Shown piece by piece: positions 1 through 8,739 of a DNA stretch of 44,338 nucleotides (positions are counted from its first letter, which is position 1; the number at the start of each line of letters is the position of its first letter). Position numbers and translations under genes: made by a program. This stretch comes from a virus (lineage: Duplodnaviria; Caudoviricetes). The notes beneath the pieces are model-generated. The model searched no databases. It was not told the DNA's origin and saw only the letters and a list, made by a program, of their open reading frames with translations. The stretch lies in IMG/VR virus record IMGVR_UViG_3300049202_000013, positions 1 to 44,338 of that record. One strand, given 5' to 3'.

Positions 1-1
1 G

Positions 2-49
2 CGCAATGATCTGCTCGAAATTCTGCGCAGCATGGAGGCAGCACCATGA
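2..49 (+). CDS. C-terminal fragment (RNDLLEILRSMEAAP*) of a gene, probably the one that runs off the right end of the window
   Basis: Open frame from base 2 ends in TGA overlapping the ATG of the next ORF (ATGA) with a GGAGG RBS inside; fits a circular genome opened within this gene. Confidence 0.55.
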   Translation, partial: RNDLLEILRSMEAAP

Positions 50-276
50 ACGCAGCCACCTACAAAAATCCTTGGCACAGACCGCATAGCTCAGAGTACG
101 GCCCGTCAGCATTTACGACGACGGTTAAGCCGGTGTCGCATGGCGGCTACTTGATTTACCACCGCCTAACAAATGTCTTTGACGTTGTGCGCAACGGTGT
201 TTGCGTCATGCAGTGTGCCGGGATCAATGGTGCAAAGCGCCGTATCGATGCGAAGCGCGCAAGGAGAGCAGCATGA
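46..276 (+). CDS. Hypothetical phage protein
   Basis: 76 aa ORF, GGAGG RBS, ATGA coupling at both ends. Confidence 0.7.
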   Translation: MNAATYKNPWHRPHSSEYGPSAFTTTVKPVSHGGYLIYHRLTNVFDVVRNGVCVMQCAGINGAKRRIDAKRARRAA

Positions 277-617
277 GCGTCGCCGACCTCATCAAATCTG
301 TAGCCGTTGAACAGACAAATGCTTTGTGCGCACGTCACGGATTAAAGCCCGTATATCGTCAGCCAAAAACGCAATGGACGCACCTGTCCTTCGATAACGA
401 CACGCTTGGCGAAGGCGAATACACGATTGCATTTAATTACACGCCACCCGCTCCTGCTGTGCTTTATCCCATCGACAAAGCAGAGGAAGGCTCGCCGGCA
501 GTCGTGGATTTAGTGGTCGTGCGCATCGGCTCGACAAACGTTTTGCACATTCTTGGCAATTACGAAATCGAGCGCATCAAAAACGAAATTATCGATTCAA
601 TGGATGACAGCGAATGA
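273..617 (+). CDS. Hypothetical phage protein
   Basis: ATG at 273 (MSVADLIK) after AGGAG; in frame with track ORF 201..617. Confidence 0.7.
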   Translation: MSVADLIKSVAVEQTNALCARHGLKPVYRQPKTQWTHLSFDNDTLGEGEYTIAFNYTPPAPAVLYPIDKAEEGSPAVVDLVVVRIGSTNVLHILGNYEIERIKNEIIDSMDDSE

Positions 618-787
618 AACTCACAGACCCGAAATTCGTACCCGTTACGTGCAAGCGCAAAGCCCGCAATTTTTGGGTTGCGCAAACGCCCGATCGAAAG
701 CTCGCGTGGTTTGGTCGCAGCTCATTCGAGGTTGTGAAAAAAGCGCAGGTTTATCTCGGTCAGCATGCAGAGCGCGTGCGGCCATGA
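614..787 (+). CDS. Small hypothetical protein (57 aa, MKLTDPKF...)
   Basis: Read by hand; fills the gap exactly with ATGA overlaps on both sides. Confidence 0.55.
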   Translation: MKLTDPKFVPVTCKRKARNFWVAQTPDRKLAWFGRSSFEVVKKAQVYLGQHAERVRP

Positions 788-969
788 ACGAACACGCATT
801 TGAATATGAGCGGCGCAAGGCATTGAAGCTGTTTAACAAGCTGCGCGCATGGGGAAAGGACTTGTCCATTAATCCATTCAGGGCCGGCAGCGTTGCCTAT
901 TACGAGTGGTGGCGGCTGTATGGAGAGCATGGTTTGGCACAAATTAGCGATGAGGTGGTAGCGGCATGA
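784..969 (+). CDS. Hypothetical phage protein
   Basis: ATG at 784 (MNEHAFEYE), ATGA coupling. Confidence 0.6.
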   Translation: MNEHAFEYERRKALKLFNKLRAWGKDLSINPFRAGSVAYYEWWRLYGEHGLAQISDEVVAA

Positions 970-1433
970 GTAACGAAGTTATAGAAATGCCACGCCGTGA
1001 AACGTACAAAGTTTCATGGCAGCGCAACAAGCGCAGACAGTTTAAAGAGGAAAACGGATATTCGATGACAGCCCATTACGGTGCAGGCCGTAATCGCAAG
1101 CTGGTGTTGGAGCGCGATTCGTTTAGTTGCGTTAAATGCGGCATGACCGATGCTCAACATAAAGCAGCATGGAATCGCCCTATAACCATCGATCATAAAG
1201 ACAAAGACCGAACAAACAACACTTTAGAGAACCTGCAAACGCTCTGCCTTAAGTGTCACGGGAATAAGGATTTAATTCAGCCGCTCCGCGCACAAATTGT
1301 CCCCGCTCATAAAGCGGAAATTCTTGCGCGCAGAGAGTCCGGCGAAACATATCAACAAATAGCCGACGCGCTTAAATTCAGCATTGCCTCCATTTGGAAG
1401 TGGTGCAAGCGATGGGATGGAGAAAGCAAATGA
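966..1433 (+). CDS. HNH endonuclease with C-terminal HTH
   Basis: CxxC...IDHKDKDRTNNTLENLQTLCLKCH HNH motif; C-terminal ETYQQIADALKFSIASIWKW HTH. Confidence 0.85.
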   Translation: MSNEVIEMPRRETYKVSWQRNKRRQFKEENGYSMTAHYGAGRNRKLVLERDSFSCVKCGMTDAQHKAAWNRPITIDHKDKDRTNNTLENLQTLCLKCHGNKDLIQPLRAQIVPAHKAEILARRESGETYQQIADALKFSIASIWKWCKRWDGESK

Positions 1434-2137
1434 GCAATGCACTCGCTGTACAGATGGCGCAGCGGTTTGGCGTCAATGAAAACGAGGTTATGTCCACGCT
1501 AAAGGCGACCGCGTTCAAGGGGCCGGTGACTGACGGCCAGATGACCGCACTAATGATTGTCGCAAATCAATATGGATTAAATCCTTGGACTAAAGAGATT
1601 TATGCGTTCCCAGATAAGAACAACGGCATCGTCCCTGTTGTTGGCGTAGACGGCTGGTCTCGGATCATTAACGAGAATCCGCAATTTGACGGAATGGAGT
1701 TCAACGAAGCAGACGACCTGTCGTGGATTGAGTGCGTTATCTACCGCAAGGATCGCACTCACCCGGTAAAAATCAAAGAGTACATGAGCGAGTGCAAGCG
1801 CGATGCGGGGCCGTGGAAATCACACCCGCGCCGGATGCTGCGCCACAAAGCGATGATTCAGTGCTCGCGTCTAGCATTCGGCTACGTCGGCATTTATGAC
1901 CAGGATGAAGCCGAGCGAATCATAGAGAAGGATATGGGCGTCGCTCACGTAGAACTAGATATTGTCGATGCGGATGCACTAATCGCCAAGGTTTCTGCCT
2001 GCGACAACGCCGACGAGCTTGCACTGATATGGAAATCGGGTCTTGCGGAAATCAAAGCAGCTAACGACATGCCGGCATACACCGCATTCAAGGCAGCGGT
2101 TGAAGCGCACGGCAAAAAATTAAAAGGGGAAGCGTGA
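1430..2137 (+). CDS. bet: Red-beta family ssDNA annealing recombinase
   Basis: ANQYGLNPWTKEIYAFPDK, VVGVDGW and WKSHPRRMLRHKAMIQC are typical of lambda Bet. Confidence 0.95.
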   Translation: MSNALAVQMAQRFGVNENEVMSTLKATAFKGPVTDGQMTALMIVANQYGLNPWTKEIYAFPDKNNGIVPVVGVDGWSRIINENPQFDGMEFNEADDLSWIECVIYRKDRTHPVKIKEYMSECKRDAGPWKSHPRRMLRHKAMIQCSRLAFGYVGIYDQDEAERIIEKDMGVAHVELDIVDADALIAKVSACDNADELALIWKSGLAEIKAANDMPAYTAFKAAVEAHGKKLKGEA

Positions 2138-2781
2138 TGAGCCGCTTCATCGTTTCACCTCACGCGCAAGGAACGGACGAATGGAGAGTCGATCGCGCTG
2201 GTCGAGCAACCGGCTCTCGCGCCGCCGACATCCTCGCAACGATTAAATCTGGCGAAGCCGCAGCGCGTCGTGATTACCGCCTAGAGCTTGCGATTGAGCG
2301 CATGACTGGCTCCCCCGCTCCGCAGGGATTTATCAGCGCTGAAATGGCATGGGGTACCGAGCAAGAGCCATTCGCACGCATGGCCTACGAAGAAAAAACC
2401 GGCCTACTGGTTAGCGAATCGGGTTTTGTTTATCTGCCCGACGTCATGGCTGGTTGTAGCGTCGATGGATTTATTGAGGAAAGCAATAGCGTTGGGATTT
2501 GGGAGGCGAAGGCGCCGAAGAGCTTCACGCATATCGGCTATCTGCGCGCGAACAAACTACCTGCCGCATACGAACCACAAGTGCTACACAACATGTGGGT
2601 AACGGGTGCTGATTTTTGCGACTTCGTTTCGTTCGATCCGCGACTTTCAGGGAAGCTCCAATTATTCACGATCCGCATCGAGCGCAATGAAGCAGCGATA
2701 AAAGAGTACGAAGAAAAGCTTCTTAAATTTCTCGCCGAAGTAGACGAAGAACACAAACAACTAGTGAGGATGGCTGCATGA
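2137..2781 (+). CDS. exo: YqaJ/lambda exonuclease family protein
   Basis: QGTDEW, WGTEQEP, SVDG..E.K motifs; directly downstream of bet. Confidence 0.9.
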   Translation: MSRFIVSPHAQGTDEWRVDRAGRATGSRAADILATIKSGEAAARRDYRLELAIERMTGSPAPQGFISAEMAWGTEQEPFARMAYEEKTGLLVSESGFVYLPDVMAGCSVDGFIEESNSVGIWEAKAPKSFTHIGYLRANKLPAAYEPQVLHNMWVTGADFCDFVSFDPRLSGKLQLFTIRIERNEAAIKEYEEKLLKFLAEVDEEHKQLVRMAA

Positions 2782-3137
2782 ATTTCAAAGAGCTGGTGCG
2801 AGTCGGTAAAGACGCGGTTTTGCGAAGCACTCCGGCCGGAAAACAGGTTATGGGATTTTCGGCAGCGTTCGATAACGGATGGGGCGACCGGAAACAAACC
2901 GTCTGGTTGGATTGCAGCGCGTGGGGCGACCGGTGGGAAAAGGTATCCGACTACATCGTTAAAGGATCACAAATTGTTGTCGAGGGAAATATAGGCACAC
3001 GCGAGCACAACGGCACAACGTACATCACGCTCGACGTTTCTGACATAAAGCTAATTTCGCGCAACGAGCAGCCACCACAACCGCGCCAGAAAGCGCCAGA
3101 GAGTGCGTGGGATGAAAGCGACAGCGCCCCATTTTAG
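2778..3137 (+). CDS. ssb: Single-stranded DNA-binding protein
   Basis: OB-fold pattern (RVGKDAVLR, KGSQIVVEG) and acidic tail ending DSAPF. Confidence 0.92.
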   Translation: MNFKELVRVGKDAVLRSTPAGKQVMGFSAAFDNGWGDRKQTVWLDCSAWGDRWEKVSDYIVKGSQIVVEGNIGTREHNGTTYITLDVSDIKLISRNEQPPQPRQKAPESAWDESDSAPF

Positions 3138-3145
3138 GAGGGGTT

Positions 3146-3388
3146 ATGCACAAGGTTTGCAAAACATGTGGAGAAACCAGGCAGCTTTCCGAATTCCCTA
3201 GGCACAGAAACATGGCTGACGGACATTTGAGCAAGTGTAAGCAATGCGTAAACAGCTATGTACGGATACCCACTTTGTTAAAGACATGCGTTTACAGGTT
3301 TGCAGACCATGCCTTGAGAGTTTCGGTATTCATGTTCAGAAGAAGCCAGAACAAAACCAGCCTCAACCGCCAACTCTGGAAGAGCTGA
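3146..3388 (+). CDS. Zn-binding hypothetical protein resembling the N-terminal domain of phage HNH proteins
   Basis: KVCKTCG...EF...DGHLSKCKQC; AGGAGG RBS. Confidence 0.6.
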   Translation: MHKVCKTCGETRQLSEFPRHRNMADGHLSKCKQCVNSYVRIPTLLKTCVYRFADHALRVSVFMFRRSQNKTSLNRQLWKS

Positions 3389-3445
3389 TCCGAGAAATAG
3401 TTCAGCGTTGCAGCTAATCGATTTTAAGCGCGCGGAGAAAACAAA

Positions 3446-3724
3446 TTGAGCACTCCTGACGAAATCAAGAAAGCTGAATTACGCGGATATTCAAAAGGCT
3501 ATGCAGCCGGGAAGAAAAAACTAGCGACTAATCGCAGTCTCGAACACGAACGTCGAGAGCGCCAAGCGCTTTACGATCGAGCGATGATAGCCGCGCTGCC
3601 GTTTGCTATGGAGCAAAATAACTGGAACCGCGGCAAGGAACAAATTCGGACTTTGCAATCTCGCGTAGCACTGGCTTCTGAAATTGCAGAAGAGGCGTTA
3701 AAGCAGCGCAAGCGCGTTAAGTAA
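3446..3724 (+). CDS. Hypothetical phage protein
   Basis: TTG start after GGAGA; 92 aa. Confidence 0.65.
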   Translation: MSTPDEIKKAELRGYSKGYAAGKKKLATNRSLEHERRERQALYDRAMIAALPFAMEQNNWNRGKEQIRTLQSRVALASEIAEEALKQRKRVK

Positions 3725-3801
3725 CTGGGAGAAACCAAATTGACGACGAAGCGAACCAAATTCCAGCGCGAAATGTACGAATTGGCGGGGGGGGGCAGGG
3801 A

Positions 3802-4074
3802 ATGAATATTGAACTTGATGCCAAAACAAAACAGGCAGTCATAGAGCAAGCAAAAAAACACCTGCTCGCGGAAATAATTGCGCAATTTGATATTCGGCAA
3901 ATCGCTGGGGAAGTGAAAAACGCGGCGATCAAAGAAGCAACCACCTTACTAGCGTCCGAGCTGCGCAAGAAATATGACGAAGCTGCCGTTATTGAGCGCG
4001 CAATGCAGTCGGTTGGCTGTACACAACGATTACCGACTCAACGGAAAGCACCATACGTTTTGGCTTTTCACTGA
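3802..4074 (+). CDS. Hypothetical protein, C-terminus possibly chimeric
   Basis: Helical 90 aa ORF overlapping the next ORF by ~100 nt. Confidence 0.5.
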   Translation: MNIELDAKTKQAVIEQAKKHLLAEIIAQFDIRQIAGEVKNAAIKEATTLLASELRKKYDEAAVIERAMQSVGCTQRLPTQRKAPYVLAFH

Positions 4075-4180
4075 CGCAAAGGGCATGAGCTACAAGGGCG
4101 AAGGAAAAACAGATGCAGAAGCGTTAAACCAAATTCGTGAACAGCTCAACGCCGCGCCGGCTGTGAAGGGGGATGAGTGA
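3974..4180 (+). CDS. Hypothetical phage protein (AVHNDYRLNG..HTFWLFT type), possibly truncated at the N-terminus
   Basis: Protein-like sequence only from ~4015; ends in an AAP..GDE cassette tail. Confidence 0.5.
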   Translation: MTKLPLLSAQCSRLAVHNDYRLNGKHHTFWLFTDAKGMSYKGEGKTDAEALNQIREQLNAAPAVKGDE

Positions 4181-4431
4181 TGGGTGAAATTGCAGACATG
4201 ATGCTTGACGGCCTGCTGGACGAAGAAACCGGCGAATACATTGGTGACAGAAATAAACGGCGATTTGGCCATGCCGCACCCGGCTTCCCAGTCAGTTACG
4301 AACGCGAGCAACGCGAGAGCCGAGCGAAAAAAGTTACATGCTCGCAATGTGGGCGACGGGTAAAGGCGGCTGGGTTAAAAGACCACGTTCGGGATAAGCA
4401 CGCAGCGCCGCAGGAAGGTGGGGAATCATGA
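4180..4431 (+). CDS. Hypothetical protein with C2H2-like zinc finger
   Basis: MGEIADMMLDG N-terminus; CSQC...H...H. Confidence 0.7.
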   Translation: MGEIADMMLDGLLDEETGEYIGDRNKRRFGHAAPGFPVSYEREQRESRAKKVTCSQCGRRVKAAGLKDHVRDKHAAPQEGGES

Positions 4432-4622
4432 GCGAATTCGTTGTGTGTGGCGGCTGGTGCAAACACGGCGTGATGGAAGCAAACCGCTGCGATAAGTGCA
4501 TCGAAGAGTGGATAGCTGCTGGCTTGAATGTGGTGCATTTCGAGGGTGACTTGAAAGAGTTTGAGGCGAAAATTAAACAATTGAAAAATCATAAATCCGC
4601 GCCGCAACCGGGAGAGAAATAG
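4428..4622 (+). CDS. Small Cys/His hypothetical protein
   Basis: WCKHG...CDKC; ATGA coupling. Confidence 0.6.
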   Translation: MSEFVVCGGWCKHGVMEANRCDKCIEEWIAAGLNVVHFEGDLKEFEAKIKQLKNHKSAPQPGEK

Positions 4623-4763
4623 ATGAGCTGTCCTAGCTGTGGCTGCAAGGTCACGTACCCCTACGATGACGAAGATGATCAGTTACCCGACAAAGACCGA
4701 TGCGCCGCATGCGGTGATATTTTTTATACCGACAATATTGATGATGGTGACGACGATGAGTGA
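4623..4763 (+). CDS. Small acidic zinc-ribbon protein (46 aa, MSCPSCGCK...CAACG)
   Basis: Read by hand; two CxxC pairs, starts right after the previous stop. Confidence 0.6.
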   Translation: MSCPSCGCKVTYPYDDEDDQLPDKDRCAACGDIFYTDNIDDGDDDE

Positions 4764-5079
4764 TCTGCGAATTAATTTTAGCTACGACTGCCCGCCGATT
4801 CCTGATCGGCGATGGGATTATTCGGCAACGGTTGACGGTTATGAGCCCGGCGATCCTGTCGGTCATGGCGCAACTAAGGACGAAGCAAAATTCGACCTGC
4901 TTGAACAGTTGCGCGTATCCAGCACAGCCCCGCAGCCGAGTGTGCAGGAGCCGATAGCTACACTTCACGACGACGGGCATTTTACGTTTAAGCCGGGGCG
5001 TGAGCCGCATGAATCAAGGCTTGCTGGATGGCGCATGGATGTTTACGCCGCCCCCTCTGCGCGTCAGGAGGGTGAGTGA
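4756..5079 (+). CDS. Hypothetical two-module protein
   Basis: ATG at 4756 (MSDLRINFS); internal TAPQPSVQEP linker. Confidence 0.65.
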   Translation: MSDLRINFSYDCPPIPDRRWDYSATVDGYEPGDPVGHGATKDEAKFDLLEQLRVSSTAPQPSVQEPIATLHDDGHFTFKPGREPHESRLAGWRMDVYAAPSARQEGE

Positions 5080-5255
5080 TGTATCAAGTTACCGAGGAAG
5101 ATTTCGTGCTAGTGCAGCGCAAAAAGCGCGGCGAAGTGCGCGTCGTACACACACAACGTAAGCGCAAACTTCGCAAGCGTGGAGTGTATTGCTGGTGGTC
5201 ACATTGTTTTAATGCATGGATTTGGGAGCCAGCGCCGCAGGAAGGTGGGGAATGA
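5079..5255 (+). CDS. Small basic hypothetical protein (58 aa, MYQVTEED...PAPQEGGE)
   Basis: Read by hand; TGATG coupling, GGAGG RBS. Confidence 0.6.
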   Translation: MYQVTEEDFVLVQRKKRGEVRVVHTQRKRKLRKRGVYCWWSHCFNAWIWEPAPQEGGE

Positions 5256-5431
5256 AAACAGCAATGCGCATTTTCTTTGTAGTCGTCCCCGCTATTTTAT
5301 TTGGTTTGATCGGCGCTTTGGTCGATTACGCAATCGGGACACATTATTTAGTTACTACTTTCTGTTTCATATTTTTATTTGGACTTGGCTGGGAAGTTAC
5401 TACCCCAAGACGTGAGCGCGGCGAGAGTTAA
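5252..5431 (+). CDS. Small membrane protein with two TM helices
   Basis: Two hydrophobic stretches; ATGA coupling. Confidence 0.6.
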   Translation: MKTAMRIFFVVVPAILFGLIGALVDYAIGTHYLVTTFCFIFLFGLGWEVTTPRRERGES

Positions 5432-5455
5432 TCCGCGCCGCAATCGGAGAAAGTG

Positions 5456-6370
5456 ATGAGTGAATTTAGTAGGGACCAAATAGAAACTGTTATTGGCTAC
5501 CTGTCGCGCCGCACTGCTTCAAGGCAGGAGTTTTTAGCGGCGTCGATGATTAAGCAGGCGCTTGAAAATGTTGATGCGCTAAAAAACACAGCCCCGCAGC
5601 CGAGCGGGCAGGATGTTATCGGTTGGGTCGGCACCAGTGCGAACTACATTCGTGACTTGGAACATTTAATAAGTCACCCTTATACAAACTCGATTTGCAG
5701 TGTGTGGTGGCAAAAACACGAACCAAAAGTCGATGGTTATCGATTTTGGCCGATCTACGCCGCGTCCTCGCCCGCTGCTGTTTCTAAACCAGTCTACAAA
5801 GACGGCACCACACCGACTGATATTGTGAAAGATGGTTGGGCGAGAGGCTTCCATATCGAGCAAACAGTCGAAGAGCTTATCGCACAGGGATTCGAATGCA
5901 CGAAAGGGCGCGTTTCTTTGTTGGCTCAGTGTTTTATTGAGAGTTTGCGCGAATTGTGGGAAGCCCAACTGCGGCGCGATATTGGAACGGAGCGAGCTGT
6001 CGAAAGCGGCGGGGATGAGTGGCTATTGAGCGAAGCTCTGGCAACTATCGAAAACGATTATATCGAGGGCGACCTGTCTGGATTGAGCGAAGGCGGCAAA
6101 GAGCGTCGGATGTTGTGTGTCGAAGCGCTGGAGAATCGTTTAAAGCGAGGCAAGCGAGCTGTTGAAAGCGGCGGTGGTGGATACCGATTGCTTTGCGTTG
6201 GTGAAACCATTCAGGTAGGTGACGAGTTTTTACAAGACGATGATTGGTCATGGCGACCACTGACAGAATCAGGCGGTCTTGCTATAGGAATGCCCTTTAC
6301 TCAGGGCATGCTTCCATGCAGACGGCCTAAAGCCCCAACCGCCGCACAGCAGGAGGCAGACCAGTCATGA
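5456..6370 (+). CDS. Mosaic multi-module hypothetical protein
   Basis: About 304 aa with internal TAPQPSGQD and two RAVESGG linkers. Confidence 0.7.
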   Translation: MSEFSRDQIETVIGYLSRRTASRQEFLAASMIKQALENVDALKNTAPQPSGQDVIGWVGTSANYIRDLEHLISHPYTNSICSVWWQKHEPKVDGYRFWPIYAASSPAAVSKPVYKDGTTPTDIVKDGWARGFHIEQTVEELIAQGFECTKGRVSLLAQCFIESLRELWEAQLRRDIGTERAVESGGDEWLLSEALATIENDYIEGDLSGLSEGGKERRMLCVEALENRLKRGKRAVESGGGGYRLLCVGETIQVGDEFLQDDDWSWRPLTESGGLAIGMPFTQGMLPCRRPKAPTAAQQEADQS

Positions 6371-6645
6371 TCGACAGAATTTATTGCCAGCACGGGCGGC
6401 GAATTGATAGCTGTGATTCGTGTGATGTGATCGAAGCGGAAGCAGAGATCAAGAAAATCAAGCAGCAGCGCGATCAGTTGCTAGCGACGCTGCGTTCGCT
6501 TGAAGTTGCAGCAAATACCGTCGTTTATTGCTATGAAAAGCCAGTAGCGCAAGGACGACTCGCCGAATCAATGGCGCGGTTGAAGGAATCTGCAATTGAG
6601 GCGCGTGCAGCCATCGCCGCCGCACAGCAGCCGGAGGAAAAGTAA
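6367..6645 (+). CDS. Hypothetical protein
   Basis: YCQHG...CDSC plus coiled coil; ends AAAQQPEEK. Confidence 0.65.
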   Translation: MIDRIYCQHGRRIDSCDSCDVIEAEAEIKKIKQQRDQLLATLRSLEVAANTVVYCYEKPVAQGRLAESMARLKESAIEARAAIAAAQQPEEK

Positions 6646-6942
6646 ATGGAAAAACTAAAAGACCTTTTGGCCCGCTGTAAATGCGGCGTATTTCTAACGG
6701 TAAACGAGCATCGGGATTATTACCAGACCGCAAAAGAAGCGCTGGAGAAGGCACAACATCATGAATGCCCACCAGAAATTGAGCCGTCCGTATTAGCCAA
6801 GATGATCGATACCGACACAATTATACGGCTGCAATTTTATCCGGATACACCAATTGGATCGTATGACATTTGGCACCACGATATTGATGCCGCATTAAGC
6901 GCTGCATTGGGCTGCCTCGCACAGCAGCCGGAGGGGGAGTGA
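6646..6942 (+). CDS. Hypothetical phage protein
   Basis: 98 aa, GGAGG RBS; ends AQQPEGE. Confidence 0.7.
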   Translation: MEKLKDLLARCKCGVFLTVNEHRDYYQTAKEALEKAQHHECPPEIEPSVLAKMIDTDTIIRLQFYPDTPIGSYDIWHHDIDAALSAALGCLAQQPEGE

Positions 6943-7070
6943 TGCAAGATCGGATAATAAAAATTCAACTTGGAAGGTTAATTTATAGCAATTGCGCTTT
7001 CCGCCAAGATTTGAAGTTTGGTTTCACGCCAGCGAATCATTTGTTCTGGCGGTTTTGGTGGAGTAAGTGA
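6942..7070 (+). CDS. Small hypothetical protein (42 aa)
   Basis: Read by hand; TGATG coupling on both sides. Confidence 0.45.
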   Translation: MQDRIIKIQLGRLIYSNCAFRQDLKFGFTPANHLFWRFWWSK

Positions 7071-7354
7071 TGGACGAGCGCGCAGAGTTCGAGAAGTGGT
7101 GGCCAACAGATACTTATCGTGCTGTTATAAAACCAGTTCGCGATGGTGATAGCTATTCATCTACGCACGCCACTGACGCATGGGGCGCATGGCAAGCCCG
7201 CGCCACCCTCTCCGCCCAGCCAGGCAGCGTGAGCGTGCCGAGGGAGTTGTTAGAGAGGGTTGCGAAATACTTTTACCCTGCTCATTGGATGGAGCAAAAG
7301 GAAATGCAAGCCGCGAACGAACTGCGCGCACTGCTCGCGGAAGGTGGCGAATGA
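7070..7354 (+). CDS. Hypothetical phage protein (ERAEFEKWW...AWGAWQARA type)
   Basis: Motif common in proteobacterial phage early regions. Confidence 0.7.
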   Translation: MDERAEFEKWWPTDTYRAVIKPVRDGDSYSSTHATDAWGAWQARATLSAQPGSVSVPRELLERVAKYFYPAHWMEQKEMQAANELRALLAEGGE

Positions 7355-7507
7355 TGGCGGCGTTCTTTTTGTTTGCCTCCGGCAATGCATTGGGGTCTGG
7401 CGAGCCACTAGGATTTCTTGTCTGCATGTTGGCCGCGTGGGTGTTTTGGGATTAAGTGTTGCTGCTGAAATCGAAACACATTTGCATATTGGGTAGAGGG
7501 TGGGGTG

Positions 7508-7879
7508 ATGGGTGAGCCGGCGAAGATACAACGCCTTTACAAAATATCAGAAGCGGCCGAAATTCTCGGCGTGTCGGATCGCCATGTGCGAAACCTGATT
7601 TCTGATGGCGAAATAATTGTTATTAGCTGCGGCAAAGATGCGAGAGCAGATCGCATTGAGGAGTCCGAATTGCAGCGGTTTATTATGCGCCGCCGAATTA
7701 ATCGCGGGATTGTTGAGGTACAAGAATGTCGGTCTATCAGCGCGGGGAAATCTGGTGGGTTAAGTTCCAATTCAACGGCCAGCAAATTAGACAGTCTGCT
7801 GGGACCGCGAAAAAGAAAGACGCTCAAAAATACGAGCGCGACCTCCGCAAGCGGCTCGAAGATGACGCGACCGCATTAA
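7508..7879 (+). CDS. xis: Excisionase-like HTH protein
   Basis: LYKISEAAEILGVSDRHVRNLI HTH_17-type motif upstream of and overlapping the integrase. Confidence 0.8.
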   Translation: MGEPAKIQRLYKISEAAEILGVSDRHVRNLISDGEIIVISCGKDARADRIEESELQRFIMRRRINRGIVEVQECRSISAGKSGGLSSNSTASKLDSLLGPRKRKTLKNTSATSASGSKMTRPH

Positions 7880-8739
7880 AATTTGGGAAATCACTCAATC
7901 GAACATTTGGTGACGCGCTTGCAAAATGGATTGAATCGGGCGCGCCAAAATCAATGTACTCACACGCAAGAAACGTTCGCTATTACATGGAGTCAATCCC
8001 CCTGCTCCGCAGCGTGTCGGCAGCCAGCGACATGAAAGCGGCCATGCTCGCGGATGGTCTTTCCAACTTAACAATCAACCGTCGCCTCGCAGTAGTCAGG
8101 CGCGTATTAAACCTTGCGTACAAAGAATGGGAATGGATTCGTGAACCGCTCGGCCAGCGTATTGAAATGCTGTCGGAAAAAGGATTGGCGCGCGAAGTGT
8201 TTTTGACGCGCGAAGAGGTGACCGAGTTTATCGGCGCGATGAAAAAACAAGAGGCGATTCGATTCGTATTGCTCGCGGCCTATACAGGGCTGCGCAAGAG
8301 TGAGATATACAAACTAACGCCCGACATGTGGCGCGCACCGCATATTGTCCTGCCATCGAAAACAAAAAATGGTCGACCTCGCACGATTCCACTGGTGCCA
8401 GAACTGCATTGGATAATGGGGCATCTGCCGTTCGCCATTCATGCCGAGAGTTTGCGTGACGACTGGGAGCAAGCGCGGGAAAAGGTCGGAATGCCACACG
8501 TCCGCCAGCACGATTTGCGGCACACCTTCGCTTCTTGGATTGCCAGCGATCCAGAGACGCCGCTAACCGTATTACGCGACCTGCTAGGCCACTCATCCCT
8601 AGCTGTAACAAGCCGCTATTCACACCTACAGACAGGGCCGGCGCAAGATGCTATTCTCAGGCTTAGTGGGCACAAAACAAGGCACACTAGAGCACGCAAG
8701 AAACTAACAAGACAATCAAAAACAGAGGTAAGTAGCTGA
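7726..8739 (+). CDS. int: Tyrosine integrase
   Basis: TGLR, K (KTKNG), HDLRH, LGH and catalytic Y (TSRYSH); N-terminal arm-binding domain. Confidence 0.95.
   Translation: MSVYQRGEIWWVKFQFNGQQIRQSAGTAKKKDAQKYERDLRKRLEDDATALKFGKSLNRTFGDALAKWIESGAPKSMYSHARNVRYYMESIPLLRSVSAASDMKAAMLADGLSNLTINRRLAVVRRVLNLAYKEWEWIREPLGQRIEMLSEKGLAREVFLTREEVTEFIGAMKKQEAIRFVLLAAYTGLRKSEIYKLTPDMWRAPHIVLPSKTKNGRPRTIPLVPELHWIMGHLPFAIHAESLRDDWEQAREKVGMPHVRQHDLRHTFASWIASDPETPLTVLRDLLGHSSLAVTSRYSHLQTGPAQDAILRLSGHKTRHTRARKKLTRQSKTEVSS

Larger units (their letters stand above)
4403..7354 (+). repeat. Dispersed short direct repeats at gene and domain junctions
   Basis: 24 bp identical at 4403 and 5230; 14 bp at 4594 and 5430; 18 bp at 4923 and 5587; 22 bp with 1 mismatch at 5991 and 6153; CGCACAGCAG(CCGGAGG) near 6343, 6621 and 6918. 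Confidence 0.85.

Noticed and set aside
4403-6934. CRISPR array or integron attC array
   Set aside because: Several different repeat types, irregular 150-800 bp coding spacers, no cas genes, and no GTTRRRY/RYYYAAC attC structure seen
7726-7879. 154 nt xis/int overlap as a novel feature
   Set aside because: Overlap of xis with the int 5' end is common in temperate phages
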